Of a DNA stretch of 64,000 bases, positions 19,357 to 28,043 are shown in pieces. Within the stretch, counting starts at the first letter, position 1. Every line of letters starts with the position of its first letter. Source of the DNA: Anaerolineae bacterium (GTDB lineage Bacteria; Chloroflexota; Anaerolineae; Anaerolineales; UBA4823); the NCBI GenBank assembly GCA_037439525.1, contig JBBIVW010000008.1, positions 884-64,883 of the forward strand, written 5' to 3'. Under the pieces are notes generated by a model, which saw only the letters and a program-made list of their open reading frames with translations, was not told where the DNA came from and did no database searches. A program made the translations under genes and the position numbers.

Positions 19357-21036
19357 ATGTACGACGCGAAGAAATTGGAGCAAATCCGCCAGTCCATAGA
19401 AAAATGGGAAGAAACTACCTTGCAAAACAGCCTGGCGAACATGCCAGAACGTAAATCGGATTTCATTACCACTTCCTCTGAGCCGATCAAACGCCTGTAC
19501 ACTCCCTTAGATGTGGAGGCATTGGACTATCTAAAAGACCTGGGTTTACCAGGAGAATATCCATTTACGCGCGGCATCCACCCCACGATGCACCGAGGTC
19601 GTTTGTGGACCATGCGCATGTTTGCCGGCTTTGGCACCGCGGAGGAAACCAATCAGCGCTTCAAATACCTGCTCCAACAAGGTCAAACGGGGCTTTCGAT
19701 TGCCTTCGATTTGCCAACATTGATGGGCTATGATACCGATGCTGCAGAAGCGTTGGGCGAATTTGGTAAGTGTGGCGTGGCGGTTTCGTCTCTTAAAGAT
19801 ATGGAAATCCTGCTACAAGACATCCCCCTAGACAAGGTCTCAACCAGCATGACGATTAACTCCCCAGCCGCGGTAATTTGGGCGATGTACATCGCCACAG
19901 CCGAAAAGCAAGGAGTACGCCCTGAGCAATTGCGCGGCACGATTCAAAACGACATATTGAAAGAATACATCGCCCAAAAGGAATACATCTTTCCGCCACA
20001 GCCTTCCATGCGTCTGGTAGTGGATACCATCGAATTTGGCACGCAATGTGTGCCTCAATGGAATACCATCAGCATCTCCGGATACCATATCCGCGAGGCT
20101 GGCTCGACCGCGGCGCAAGAATTGGCGTTCACGCTTTCAGACGGCATGGAATATGTGCGCTGGGCGCTTGCCCGCGGACTGGACATCGATGCATTTGCTC
20201 CTCGCCTCTCCTTCTTCTTCAACGCGCACAACGATTTCTTTGAAGAAATCGCCAAATATCGCGCCGCACGACGTATCTGGGCACGCGAGATGCGCGAGAC
20301 TTTCGGGGCAAAAGACCCACGCTCCTGGTTGATGCGCTTTCACACACAAACAGCGGGGGTATCCCTGACTGCGCAACAACCCGAAAACAACATCGTACGC
20401 GTTGCCATTCAGGCTTTAGCTGCCGTGCTGGGGGGGACACAGTCGTTACACACCAATAGTATGGATGAAGCCCTTGCATTGCCTTCGGAACTTGCAGTCA
20501 CCATTGCCCTACGCACCCAACAGATCCTAGCCGAAGAATCTGGCGTGGCACACACCATTGACCCATTGGGAGGTTCATTCTTTGTAGAAGCGCAAACCAA
20601 CCGCATCGAAGCACAGGCTTACGCCTATTTCCGCCGTATCGAAGAACTGGGAGGGGTGCTGCCTGCAATCGAAAAAGGCTTCTTCCAAGGCGAGATCGCC
20701 GATGCCGCCTATCGATATCAGCGCGAAATTGACGAAGGAGTGCGTAAAATCGTTGGGGTGAACGCGTATGAGGATGAAAACCCGATTACCATCCCTCTGC
20801 TAGAGATGGATCCCCAGGGTTATGAAAGACAAGTCAATCGCTTGAAAAAAGTGCGCCAAGAGCGAGACGCGGCGCGCGTCGGGCAGGCATTGGACCGCCT
20901 GCGCATTGCCTGTCAGGGCACAGAAAACACCATGCCTTTCATCCTGGACGCGGTGCGTGCCTATGCTACTCTGGGTGAGATCATCGGGGTGATGAAAGAG
21001 GTCTTTGGTACATATCAGGAACCCACTTGGGTATAG
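19357..21036 (+). CDS. B12-dependent acyl-CoA mutase large (catalytic) subunit, no B12-binding domain; ICM-like specificity residues
   Basis: [30 protein letters not shown] and [14 protein letters not shown] motifs. 559 aa, ending before any DxHxxG B12 domain. Confidence 0.85.
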   Translation: MYDAKKLEQIRQSIEKWEETTLQNSLANMPERKSDFITTSSEPIKRLYTPLDVEALDYLKDLGLPGEYPFTRGIHPTMHRGRLWTMRMFAGFGTAEETNQRFKYLLQQGQTGLSIAFDLPTLMGYDTDAAEALGEFGKCGVAVSSLKDMEILLQDIPLDKVSTSMTINSPAAVIWAMYIATAEKQGVRPEQLRGTIQNDILKEYIAQKEYIFPPQPSMRLVVDTIEFGTQCVPQWNTISISGYHIREAGSTAAQELAFTLSDGMEYVRWALARGLDIDAFAPRLSFFFNAHNDFFEEIAKYRAARRIWAREMRETFGAKDPRSWLMRFHTQTAGVSLTAQQPENNIVRVAIQALAAVLGGTQSLHTNSMDEALALPSELAVTIALRTQQILAEESGVAHTIDPLGGSFFVEAQTNRIEAQAYAYFRRIEELGGVLPAIEKGFFQGEIADAAYRYQREIDEGVRKIVGVNAYEDENPITIPLLEMDPQGYERQVNRLKKVRQERDAARVGQALDRLRIACQGTENTMPFILDAVRAYATLGEIIGVMKEVFGTYQEPTWV

Positions 21037-21051
21037 CTTGGAGGTAGGCTT

Positions 21052-22257
21052 ATGTCGAACATTCAACGTAGAAAAGGGATTATTGGCATCCTCACCGGCG
21101 GTGGGGATGTTCCAGGATTGAACCCGGCAATCCGAGCGGTGACTGTTCGTGCGCTACGTGAAGGATACCAAGTAGTCGGCATTCGCCGTGGTTGGTCGGG
21201 TTTGATCAATATGACGCGTGACCGAAGTGCAGACGAGAACGTATGGTACCAGGTTTTGACTGAAGAGATCGTCAATAAAGCCGGGCGCACGGGGGGCACC
21301 TTCATCCACACCTCACGCACCAACCCCATGTCGGTAAAGAAGGACGACGTGCCCGAGCACCTCAAAGAAAAATACTCTCAAGAGGTCAACGACCTGATTC
21401 CAGAGGTGCTTAAAAACCTGGATTATCTGGGTGTTGATTATCTCATCCCCATCGGCGGAGACGACACTTTGAGCGTTGCGGTACGGCTTTATCAAGAAGG
21501 GTTTAAAATCGTCGCCATCCCCAAAACCATGGACAACGACGTTCCTGGCACAGACTATTGCATCGGATTTAGCACCTGTGTCACACGCACCATTCAGATG
21601 ACCAATGCCTTGCGCACTACCGCAGGCTCCCATGAGCGCTTCCTGGTGATCGAGGTCTTCGGCAGATACGCGGGGTTCACCGCCATGCTTCCGACCATCG
21701 CCGGCGTAGCCAACCGCTGTGTCATCCCGGAGTACAAATTCGACATTGAAAGATTGACGGAACTTCTGGTTCACGACCGCAATCGCAATCCCAGCAAATA
21801 CGCCGTGGTATTGGTTTCAGAAGGCGCCATGTTCAGCGGTGGTGAAATGGTCTTCGAGGACACCAACAAGGACGCCTTCGGACACGCCAAACTTGGCGGC
21901 ATTGGTGACCTGGTCTCCAATCGCCTAAGAGAGCTTTCTGGCAAATACAACCAGGGTAAGAAGATCAATGTCATCAACCAAAAGCTTGGCTATCTTGTGC
22001 GTAGCGGCGATCCAGATGCGCTCGATTCGATCGTCCCCATGGCTTACGGCAACCTGGCATTGGACCTGATCATCAAAGGAGTGCACGGACGGCTGGTGGT
22101 GTTACGTAACGGGCGATACGACAATGTACCCATCGATGTGGTCACCAGCACGAAAAAAGTGGTGAATGTCGAAAAATATTACAACACCGAACGATTACGA
22201 CCCCACTTCCACAGCTTTGCCATGAACCCGTTGTTCATCATGACCAGCGATGGCTGA
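21052..22257 (+). CDS. pfp: pyrophosphate-dependent 6-phosphofructokinase
   Basis: GILTGGGDVPGLN. IGGDDTL (Asp at the E. coli G104 position) and IPKTMDND (Lys at the G124 position) are the PPi-type signature. Confidence 0.8.
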   Translation: MSNIQRRKGIIGILTGGGDVPGLNPAIRAVTVRALREGYQVVGIRRGWSGLINMTRDRSADENVWYQVLTEEIVNKAGRTGGTFIHTSRTNPMSVKKDDVPEHLKEKYSQEVNDLIPEVLKNLDYLGVDYLIPIGGDDTLSVAVRLYQEGFKIVAIPKTMDNDVPGTDYCIGFSTCVTRTIQMTNALRTTAGSHERFLVIEVFGRYAGFTAMLPTIAGVANRCVIPEYKFDIERLTELLVHDRNRNPSKYAVVLVSEGAMFSGGEMVFEDTNKDAFGHAKLGGIGDLVSNRLRELSGKYNQGKKINVINQKLGYLVRSGDPDALDSIVPMAYGNLALDLIIKGVHGRLVVLRNGRYDNVPIDVVTSTKKVVNVEKYYNTERLRPHFHSFAMNPLFIMTSDG

Positions 22258-22340
22258 TGAACGGAGCGCTCCACGCCCTACGCCGCGGAAAGCAAAGCTC
22301 TCGCCGCAACCGATCATCGCATGGTCACAAACCGGGGGAC

Positions 22341-22390
22341 GCCTCTCCAAAATAGGCACTTTTGTGCCATTCCAGAGAGGCAATTTTTAT
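22341..22390 (+). terminator. hairpin plus T-tract after pfp
   Basis: gcctctc (22341-47) pairs with gagaggc (22375-81), with an inner ggcac-tttt-gtgcc hairpin, followed by aattttta. Confidence 0.55.
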
Positions 22391-22514
22391 TGTAAAATAA
22401 TCCACGGGCGAGCGTAACACCAGGAATTGGATGCATCCATCGATCGGCAGCTAGCTATGTAAACATGTGTTGGCAGTTGCAACGTGTGCCCCCATAATGA
22501 GGAGGTGATGGAAT

Positions 22515-22661
22515 ATGATATATGCAAAATGGATGCGGGGCCAGGGGACTTTAGAATACGCGTTGATCATCGCCTTAGTGGCGATCATCGTCATTGTGAT
22601 CCTGGCCTTGCTGGGACCGGCAATTGGAAACCTCTATAGCAATGTAACCGCAAACATCTAA
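22515..22661 (+). CDS. flp: Flp/Fap-family type IVb (Tad) pilin, 48 aa
   Basis: Not in the ORF track because it is under 60 aa. SD ggaggtg (22501-07) is followed by ATG 22515. Translation: MIYAKWMRGQGTLEYALIIALVAIIVIVILALLGPAIGNLYSNVTANI. It contains the G-xxxx-EY prepilin motif and a hydrophobic stretch. Confidence 0.75.
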   Translation: MIYAKWMRGQGTLEYALIIALVAIIVIVILALLGPAIGNLYSNVTANI

Positions 22662-22711
22662 AGATCATTCTTTTATTGGGATGCTTCATCCATTATGCGA
22701 AAAGCCGCTCA

Positions 22712-22738
22712 CCAGAGCGGTTTTTCTTTGCGCCAACA
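22712..22738 (+). terminator. intrinsic terminator after flp
   Basis: ccgctc-acca-gagcgg stem-loop followed by tttttcttt. Confidence 0.75.
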
Positions 22739-22741
22739 GGC

Positions 22742-22770
22742 TTGTATCCCTCCATCCTTCGGCGTATAAT
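22742..22770 (+). promoter_or_regulatory. candidate sigma70-type promoter TTGTAT-17-TATAAT
   Basis: TATAAT at 22765-22770 and TTGTAT at 22742-22747. SD gaggtga precedes ATG 22788. Confidence 0.4.
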
Positions 22771-22787
22771 CTCCCATGAGGTGAACA

Positions 22788-24467
22788 ATGACACGCTCCA
22801 TTCGAAATATCTCCTGCTTATTCATCAGCCTGATGATGTTCCTGCTGCCCTCCTGTGCCCAAATCCAAGAGCCGCCACCCACAGCAACCCCGCTGCCACC
22901 CACCAATACCCCTCTACCGGCGGTGGCAGCCATCGTACAACAAGAAGCCGCCGAGCTATTGGGCATTCCGCTCGAGGAAATACGCTTCACCTCCATCGAA
23001 CCCGGGAATTGGGAAGATACCTGTATGGGCTTGCCATTAAAGCAAGATACCTGTCTGCAGGAAAGTGTATCTGGCTATCAGGGAGTTTTGCAAGCTGAAG
23101 AGGAGAGCCTGACCTTCCGCGTGGACGCCCAAGGCCGTTATGTGCAGTTGGTGCCCTCTGCGGTGGAAACGGCAAGAAACCGATTGGCGGAAGAGTTTGG
23201 CCTGGACTTACTGGCGATCCGCATCGTGGAATTTGAACGCCAAATATGGCCTGACGCCTGTCTAGGGTTAGGCTCATCGGAACAGACCTGCGCGCAAGTG
23301 AACACTCCGGGATACCGTATCACTCTCGCAGAAAACGGGCATACCTACGTTTATCACAGCGACGTGCGTGGTGAACAAATCGTGCTCGCCGAAGCCCCAA
23401 TTCAAGAGGCATATATCGAATGGGAAGGACAGCAGGCAGAACAGTGCCAGCGCGTGCATTTCACGGCAACTAATGTCGAATGGGGCACATGCACCCAGGA
23501 GGAACGTCAACAAACTGGCTTGAGCGAGGCGCAAGCGGCCGATTTTAGAGAATTCACACAGCTTTTCAAACCGTTCCAGACGAACACACCGGTCGGCGAA
23601 ATCGACTTTTTTGGAAGCGGGGCAGTTACAGCGACGCCCTTCCAACAACGGATGATTGTGGAATGGGTGCAATGGGTTTTTCACAGCGCGTCCACAGAGC
23701 AGCCTGATTTAGAGGCGCGCCTGATCTTCGCGTGGCAATTCTCAAACAGTCGCGGGGAATGCTACCGCATCGAGGTTTATACCTTTGGTGAAGCTCGCCT
23801 CAGTGCATGCAGCGGCACAGAGGCAGAATTTATAGGGCGTCTGCGTCTGATCTCCAGCCAGTTACAAACCTTGTACACCTTTCAGAACCAACTCCACAGC
23901 TTTGAACATGAGGTCACCAGTTTAGGCGCGCAGGAAACTTCGACCAAGCGGCTGGTCTTCAATGGTCAAGGTGAGGAGGCGGCTACTGATATTCACAAAA
24001 GCTGGATGGCCGACCTTGCCGAAAATATCCGTCAGCAGATTACCATACAGGCGGACCCTTTGGAAATCGAAGCCGCGCGACAGGCTTTGATGGCTTATTT
24101 CAATGCTCTGGCACAGGCACGCTACGACATCGCTGCGGAACTCTTCGGGGGGGATATGACCATCTTGCGCCAGAACAACCCCGATATCCCCAAAGACGAC
24201 CGCCCGGCCCTCTTTCAGGCAGGATGTACGTTTAACGGGTTTGTATGCAACCTGCTTCCACTCAACGAGGTATATGCGCGCCAGATCTCCCCTGAAAGAT
24301 TTCTCTTCGTCTATGAACTCCAAACGCCGGCGGGGGAGCTGTTCAGCTTAGGTCCTTGCTGTGGTGCAGACATCGAGCTGGAACCTCCACAGACGCAATT
24401 CGAATTCATCGTGGTCAAGATCAACGAGGTTTATTTCGTCGAATCGCTGCCGGTATATGTCCCCTGA
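22788..24467 (+). CDS. secreted lipoprotein of unknown function with two tandem Cys-containing repeats
   Basis: Signal plus lipobox FLLPSC, then a Pro/Thr linker. The repeats are WEDTCMGLPLKQDTCLQESVSGYQGVL... and WPDACLGLGSSEQTCAQVNTPGYRITL... Confidence 0.6.
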   Translation: MTRSIRNISCLFISLMMFLLPSCAQIQEPPPTATPLPPTNTPLPAVAAIVQQEAAELLGIPLEEIRFTSIEPGNWEDTCMGLPLKQDTCLQESVSGYQGVLQAEEESLTFRVDAQGRYVQLVPSAVETARNRLAEEFGLDLLAIRIVEFERQIWPDACLGLGSSEQTCAQVNTPGYRITLAENGHTYVYHSDVRGEQIVLAEAPIQEAYIEWEGQQAEQCQRVHFTATNVEWGTCTQEERQQTGLSEAQAADFREFTQLFKPFQTNTPVGEIDFFGSGAVTATPFQQRMIVEWVQWVFHSASTEQPDLEARLIFAWQFSNSRGECYRIEVYTFGEARLSACSGTEAEFIGRLRLISSQLQTLYTFQNQLHSFEHEVTSLGAQETSTKRLVFNGQGEEAATDIHKSWMADLAENIRQQITIQADPLEIEAARQALMAYFNALAQARYDIAAELFGGDMTILRQNNPDIPKDDRPALFQAGCTFNGFVCNLLPLNEVYARQISPERFLFVYELQTPAGELFSLGPCCGADIELEPPQTQFEFIVVKINEVYFVESLPVYVP

Positions 24468-24495
24468 TAAGCATGGAGCGAGACAGCCAAGCAGC

Positions 24496-24801
24496 ATGCA
24501 ACTGCCCATCGACCAGATTGACCTGCTTACCTATCGACTGGAGCGAATCTCCGCGGACTCCCATGTAGCACACCTTGCCAGTGGCTATCGCGGCGCGCTC
24601 CTGAAATGGCGGGAGAAGTTGGAGCAGATGGCAAACGAAAACCTCAGTCTAGCGGACGAAGAAGAGCAACAGCTCGAGGAAGTGCTGCAAAGGTGCTATC
24701 GCCTGTTAGAAGCTGCAGCCCTTACGCGCTTTAGCCTGTCTGGTACGGCAGTGAAGCGCCCGCACGGTAAAAAGATCACCGTGCGGGCTTCAAAGGTGTG
24801 A
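24496..24801 (+). CDS. hypothetical helical protein
   Basis: This is the tail of ORF 24361..24801 that does not overlap the upstream gene. ATG candidates are 24457 and 24496. No family recognised. Confidence 0.35.
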   Translation: MQLPIDQIDLLTYRLERISADSHVAHLASGYRGALLKWREKLEQMANENLSLADEEEQQLEEVLQRCYRLLEAAALTRFSLSGTAVKRPHGKKITVRASKV

Positions 24802-24855
24802 GCCGTGCAGCAGGGATAGAATTCCTGCGACGTTGGTTACATTACGACGTCAGGA

Positions 24856-25737
24856 CTAATAGGTAGTGTTGTTGTAAAACCAGTTATAACTATAGTATCC
24901 AGTTGCCAGATTTTGTGTACGAATGGCGATGCGGTATGAGCCGTATAACGCCGGAGGGATGTTGAAGGTCAACTCCATCGTCCCGCCAGCGCCGGAGTTG
25001 AATGTACCAGCGTAATAGCCGCCTACACCGCGCGTGCCCATTGGACCCATCAAAACATCGAAATTCAAACCTGGCGGAAAATTATGTGTGCGAATGGTGA
25101 CCGTAGTGTCACGCACCACACTAACGATCCAGATGGTGGGGATACCGTAATATACCGGTGGGTAGAGACCGCCTGTACCCCCGCCATAGGGGATATTATT
25201 GAACCAGCGATCTACCGAGATGCCCTTTTTCTCCTGGGTTAGTCGAATGACCAGTTTGGTTGTGCCGCTGAACTCGGGTGGCAGGTTGAACGTTGCTTTG
25301 AAACTGCCGCCGCGGTCCGAATCTAGGTCAGCCACTTTCTTCCACTCATAGGCTCCGCCACTCAAACGCCCAATGTGTACCGCAAAAAAGACGTTATCCG
25401 GGAAGTTATACGTACGGATGGTCACACTGGTGTTTTGCACTACATTAATGACCGAATAAGACCAGCCATAAGGTGTGTACGGCGCCGTCCCTGAAAGAGA
25501 AATGCACAGGTGTTGCCCAGGGTAAATCGTATACGGAGCAGAGATATGGTTGATTTGAGCCAGATACACCCAAGAAACGCCATAATAGCGACCAATCCAG
25601 GACAGTGTCTCACCAGAGCGAACGACATGATATCGAGTGCATGCGGCTGCATACGCAGGTTGAAAACCAACCCCCAACAAGCCTGCTAAAATGAGCATGG
25701 ATAAAACGATAATGAAGATGCGTCTAATTGTCTTCAT
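24856..25737 (-). CDS. secreted LysM-domain protein with two ~90-aa tandem repeats
   Basis: SD aaggaga precedes ATG 25737. Signal peptide IFIIVLSMLILAGLLGV. LysM motif YHVVRSGETLSWIGRYYGVSWVYLAQIN. Repeats VTIRTYNFP...WFNN and VTIRTHNFP...WFYNN. Confidence 0.8.
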   Translation of the reverse strand: MKTIRRIFIIVLSMLILAGLLGVGFQPAYAAACTRYHVVRSGETLSWIGRYYGVSWVYLAQINHISAPYTIYPGQHLCISLSGTAPYTPYGWSYSVINVVQNTSVTIRTYNFPDNVFFAVHIGRLSGGAYEWKKVADLDSDRGGSFKATFNLPPEFSGTTKLVIRLTQEKKGISVDRWFNNIPYGGGTGGLYPPVYYGIPTIWIVSVVRDTTVTIRTHNFPPGLNFDVLMGPMGTRGVGGYYAGTFNSGAGGTMELTFNIPPALYGSYRIAIRTQNLATGYYSYNWFYNNTTY

Positions 25738-25931
25738 GTGCTCTTCTCCTTTTGTAAAACAATGGGAACGTGCAACCATGCAATGCTCTTTGCAATGATT
25801 ATAAATGAAGGAAGAAAAACTTTCAACTTAAAAAAATGATAAGTTTGAGCATTGTGAACGAAATTTTACATCAAATTTACGTAAAAAAGGGAAGGCAAGA
25901 GGCACAGAAATGTGGATATAATCATCACAAC

Positions 25932-26282
25932 ATGGCGATGCCCGTAATTGAATCCTACCAATTCGGAACGATCGTCATTGATGGGCGGTCTTATACGCGG
26001 GATGTGATCATCACCCCTCAAGGTGTTCTATGCCCATGGTGGCGAGTCCAGGGTCACAGCCTGCACCCCGAAGACCTCACCGCGATTAGCGAGCTCGACG
26101 TAGAGATGCTCATCATCGGCCAAGGGAGCAATAAGCGTATGGAGGTACCTAGAGAGACCTTACAACATCTCCAACAAAAGTACGGGGAGGTGGTCTGCTT
26201 ATCCACGCCAGAAGCCTGCCAGCGTTATAACCAGGAGCGAAAAAGCAGAGCCGTAATTGCAGCTTTGCATTTGACCTGCTAA
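25932..26282 (+). CDS. Mth938-like (DUF498) domain protein
   Basis: IESYQFGTIVIDGRSYTRDVIITPQG...W...GHSLHPEDL...EMLIIGQG fits the Mth938/NDUFAF3-like pattern. TATAAT at 25917-25922 lies only 9 nt from the ATG. Confidence 0.65.
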   Translation: MAMPVIESYQFGTIVIDGRSYTRDVIITPQGVLCPWWRVQGHSLHPEDLTAISELDVEMLIIGQGSNKRMEVPRETLQHLQQKYGEVVCLSTPEACQRYNQERKSRAVIAALHLTC

Positions 26283-26367
26283 AAACAAACGACCAATAGC
26301 GAACTTGGGTTCCCCCTCAACCCCTATCGATTGTAAATCTCGAGTTGTACCATGCCACGGGGCACTG

Positions 26368-26398
26368 CGGGAGGGGTGCCCACAAGCAACCCCTCCCG
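26368..26398. terminator. GC-rich hairpin between convergent genes
   Basis: cgggagggg (26368-76) pairs with cccctcccg (26390-98). The T-tract is weak. Confidence 0.4.
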
Positions 26399-26413
26399 GA
26401 GCGCATGCGTGTT

Positions 26414-26743
26414 TTAGCCCATCTTGAAGAAACTGGTGAGTTTCATCGCCAGGTTCAAATCCCCAGAGAGTTTGAGTTTTCCCTGCATAAAGTATTGCAT
26501 GCCGTTCGCCCGACCCAACAGCACATCGCGAAAGTCATGGGCATCGGCGGTCAAAGTCATTGTCGGGCTTTCTGCCTCTCCTTCGGCTACTTTGCACTGG
26601 CGATCTTTGATGGTGATGATGTAATTCCCGCCCTCCTCGCCGGTCAGTTTGTACTGGATGACCACATCAATGTCTCCAGCCACATCCGGCAGAAAGGCTT
26701 TCTCATGGTTGTAGATCAATTGTTTTACGCTGATTTCAGACAT
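26414..26743 (-). CDS. SCP2 sterol/lipid-binding domain protein
   Basis: SD aaggag precedes ATG 26743. FMQGKLKLSGDLNLAMKLTSFF is the SCP2 C-terminal signature. Confidence 0.8.
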   Translation of the reverse strand: MSEISVKQLIYNHEKAFLPDVAGDIDVVIQYKLTGEEGGNYIITIKDRQCKVAEGEAESPTMTLTADAHDFRDVLLGRANGMQYFMQGKLKLSGDLNLAMKLTSFFKMG

Positions 26744-26780
26744 CGTCCGCTCCTTTTCGTTAGATTTCAAAATGGTGCTT

Positions 26781-27977
26781 CTACCCCAAATTCTCAAAAA
26801 TGCCTGCCGCGCCCATACCGCCACCGATGCACATCGACACCATGCCAAATTGCACATTGCGACGCTTCATCTCATAAATCAATTGCGTGGTCAATTTGGC
26901 TCCCGTGCAGCCCAATGGGTGGCCCAGGGCAATAGCACCACCATTGACATTGGTGATCTCAGGGTCGAGGTTCAACTGGCGCATGACCGCCACGCTCTGA
27001 GCAGCAAAAGCCTCGTTCAACTCTATGAGACCAATGTCCTTGAGCGATAAGCCGGCATATTTGAGCGCCTTGGGGATGGCTTCAACCGGGCCAATGCCCA
27101 TAATTTCAGGATCAACACCCGCCACAGCAAATGAGACAAAACGCGCCAAAGGCTTCAAACCTAGGGATTCTGCCTTTGCGCGTGACATCACGATCACCCC
27201 TGCCGCGCCATCGGACATCTGCGAAGAATTTCCTGCGGTAACCGTACCCCCTTCCTTGAATGCTGGGCGCAATTTTGCCAGAGCCTCCAGGCTGGTGTCC
27301 GCGCGGGGTCCTTCATCGCGCCTGAAGATAAAAGTTTTGGTGACAACCTTGCCGTTCGCCGGTTGGGTTACAGACACTTCCAAGGGCACAATTTCAGGGT
27401 CGAAGCGCCCGGACTCCACCGCGGCTACGGCGCGTTGATTGCTGCGGAGCGCAAATTCATCCTGATCCTGACGTGAGATACCGAAACGTTCGGCAACGTT
27501 TTCCGCAGTCAACCCCATGCTGGTAAAAGCTTCGGGGTAATGATCGGCAAGATAGGGGGTAGGAGAAAACTTAAAACCGGTCATGGGCACCATGCTCATC
27601 GATTCTGTGCCGCCAGCGATGACCGTCTGCGCCTGGCCGGCAATGATGGCAAAGGCACCATGAGCGATGCTTTGTAAGCCGGAAGAACAAAAGCGGTTAA
27701 TCGTCTCCGCTGGCACGGATACAGGAAGACCTGCTCTGAGGGCTACCAGGCGCGCCATATTCATCCCTTGTTCCCCTTCTGGAAAGGCACAACCCAGGAT
27801 GAAATCATCTACCTCTTCGGGCTTCAATGCCTCCGCTCGGCGAAGAAGCTCCTGAATTACTGCCGCGGCCATTTCATCGGGTCGGTAGGATGCCAGACTG
27901 CCACGTTTCGCCTTGCCCACAGCGGTGCGCACGGCGGCCACGATTACGGGTTCACGAGTTGGATGGTACTTTTCCAT
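26781..27977 (-). CDS. fadA: acetyl-CoA C-acyltransferase (thiolase)
   Basis: [10 protein letters not shown] (active Cys), [19 protein letters not shown] and CIGGGMG. Confidence 0.9.
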   Translation of the reverse strand: MEKYHPTREPVIVAAVRTAVGKAKRGSLASYRPDEMAAAVIQELLRRAEALKPEEVDDFILGCAFPEGEQGMNMARLVALRAGLPVSVPAETINRFCSSGLQSIAHGAFAIIAGQAQTVIAGGTESMSMVPMTGFKFSPTPYLADHYPEAFTSMGLTAENVAERFGISRQDQDEFALRSNQRAVAAVESGRFDPEIVPLEVSVTQPANGKVVTKTFIFRRDEGPRADTSLEALAKLRPAFKEGGTVTAGNSSQMSDGAAGVIVMSRAKAESLGLKPLARFVSFAVAGVDPEIMGIGPVEAIPKALKYAGLSLKDIGLIELNEAFAAQSVAVMRQLNLDPEITNVNGGAIALGHPLGCTGAKLTTQLIYEMKRRNVQFGMVSMCIGGGMGAAGIFENLG

Positions 27978-28043
27978 GCTTTACTCTCCTTTTTATCTCT
28001 AAACTACCTCGAACCTCTTCTCAAGCCAGAAGTGCTCACCCAA

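Noticed and set aside
22470-22498. TTGGCA-17-CATAAT might be a promoter for flp.
   Set aside because: The predicted start site would fall inside or after the SD (22501-22507), which is inconsistent with the strong SD-ATG arrangement. It was left uncalled.
24824-24856. Bulged hairpin tcct-gc-gacgt...acgtc-agga between convergent genes might be a terminator.
   Set aside because: The stem is short and interrupted and has no T-tract on either strand. It is too weak to call.
26345-26935. 196-aa plus-strand ORF across the SCP2/thiolase junction. Many similar antisense ORFs occur, for example 28221..28859, 28869..29573, 40435..40974 and 49225..49725.
   Set aside because: They lie antisense to genes with strong family signatures, have biased composition, and lack SDs. 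They are spurious shadows.
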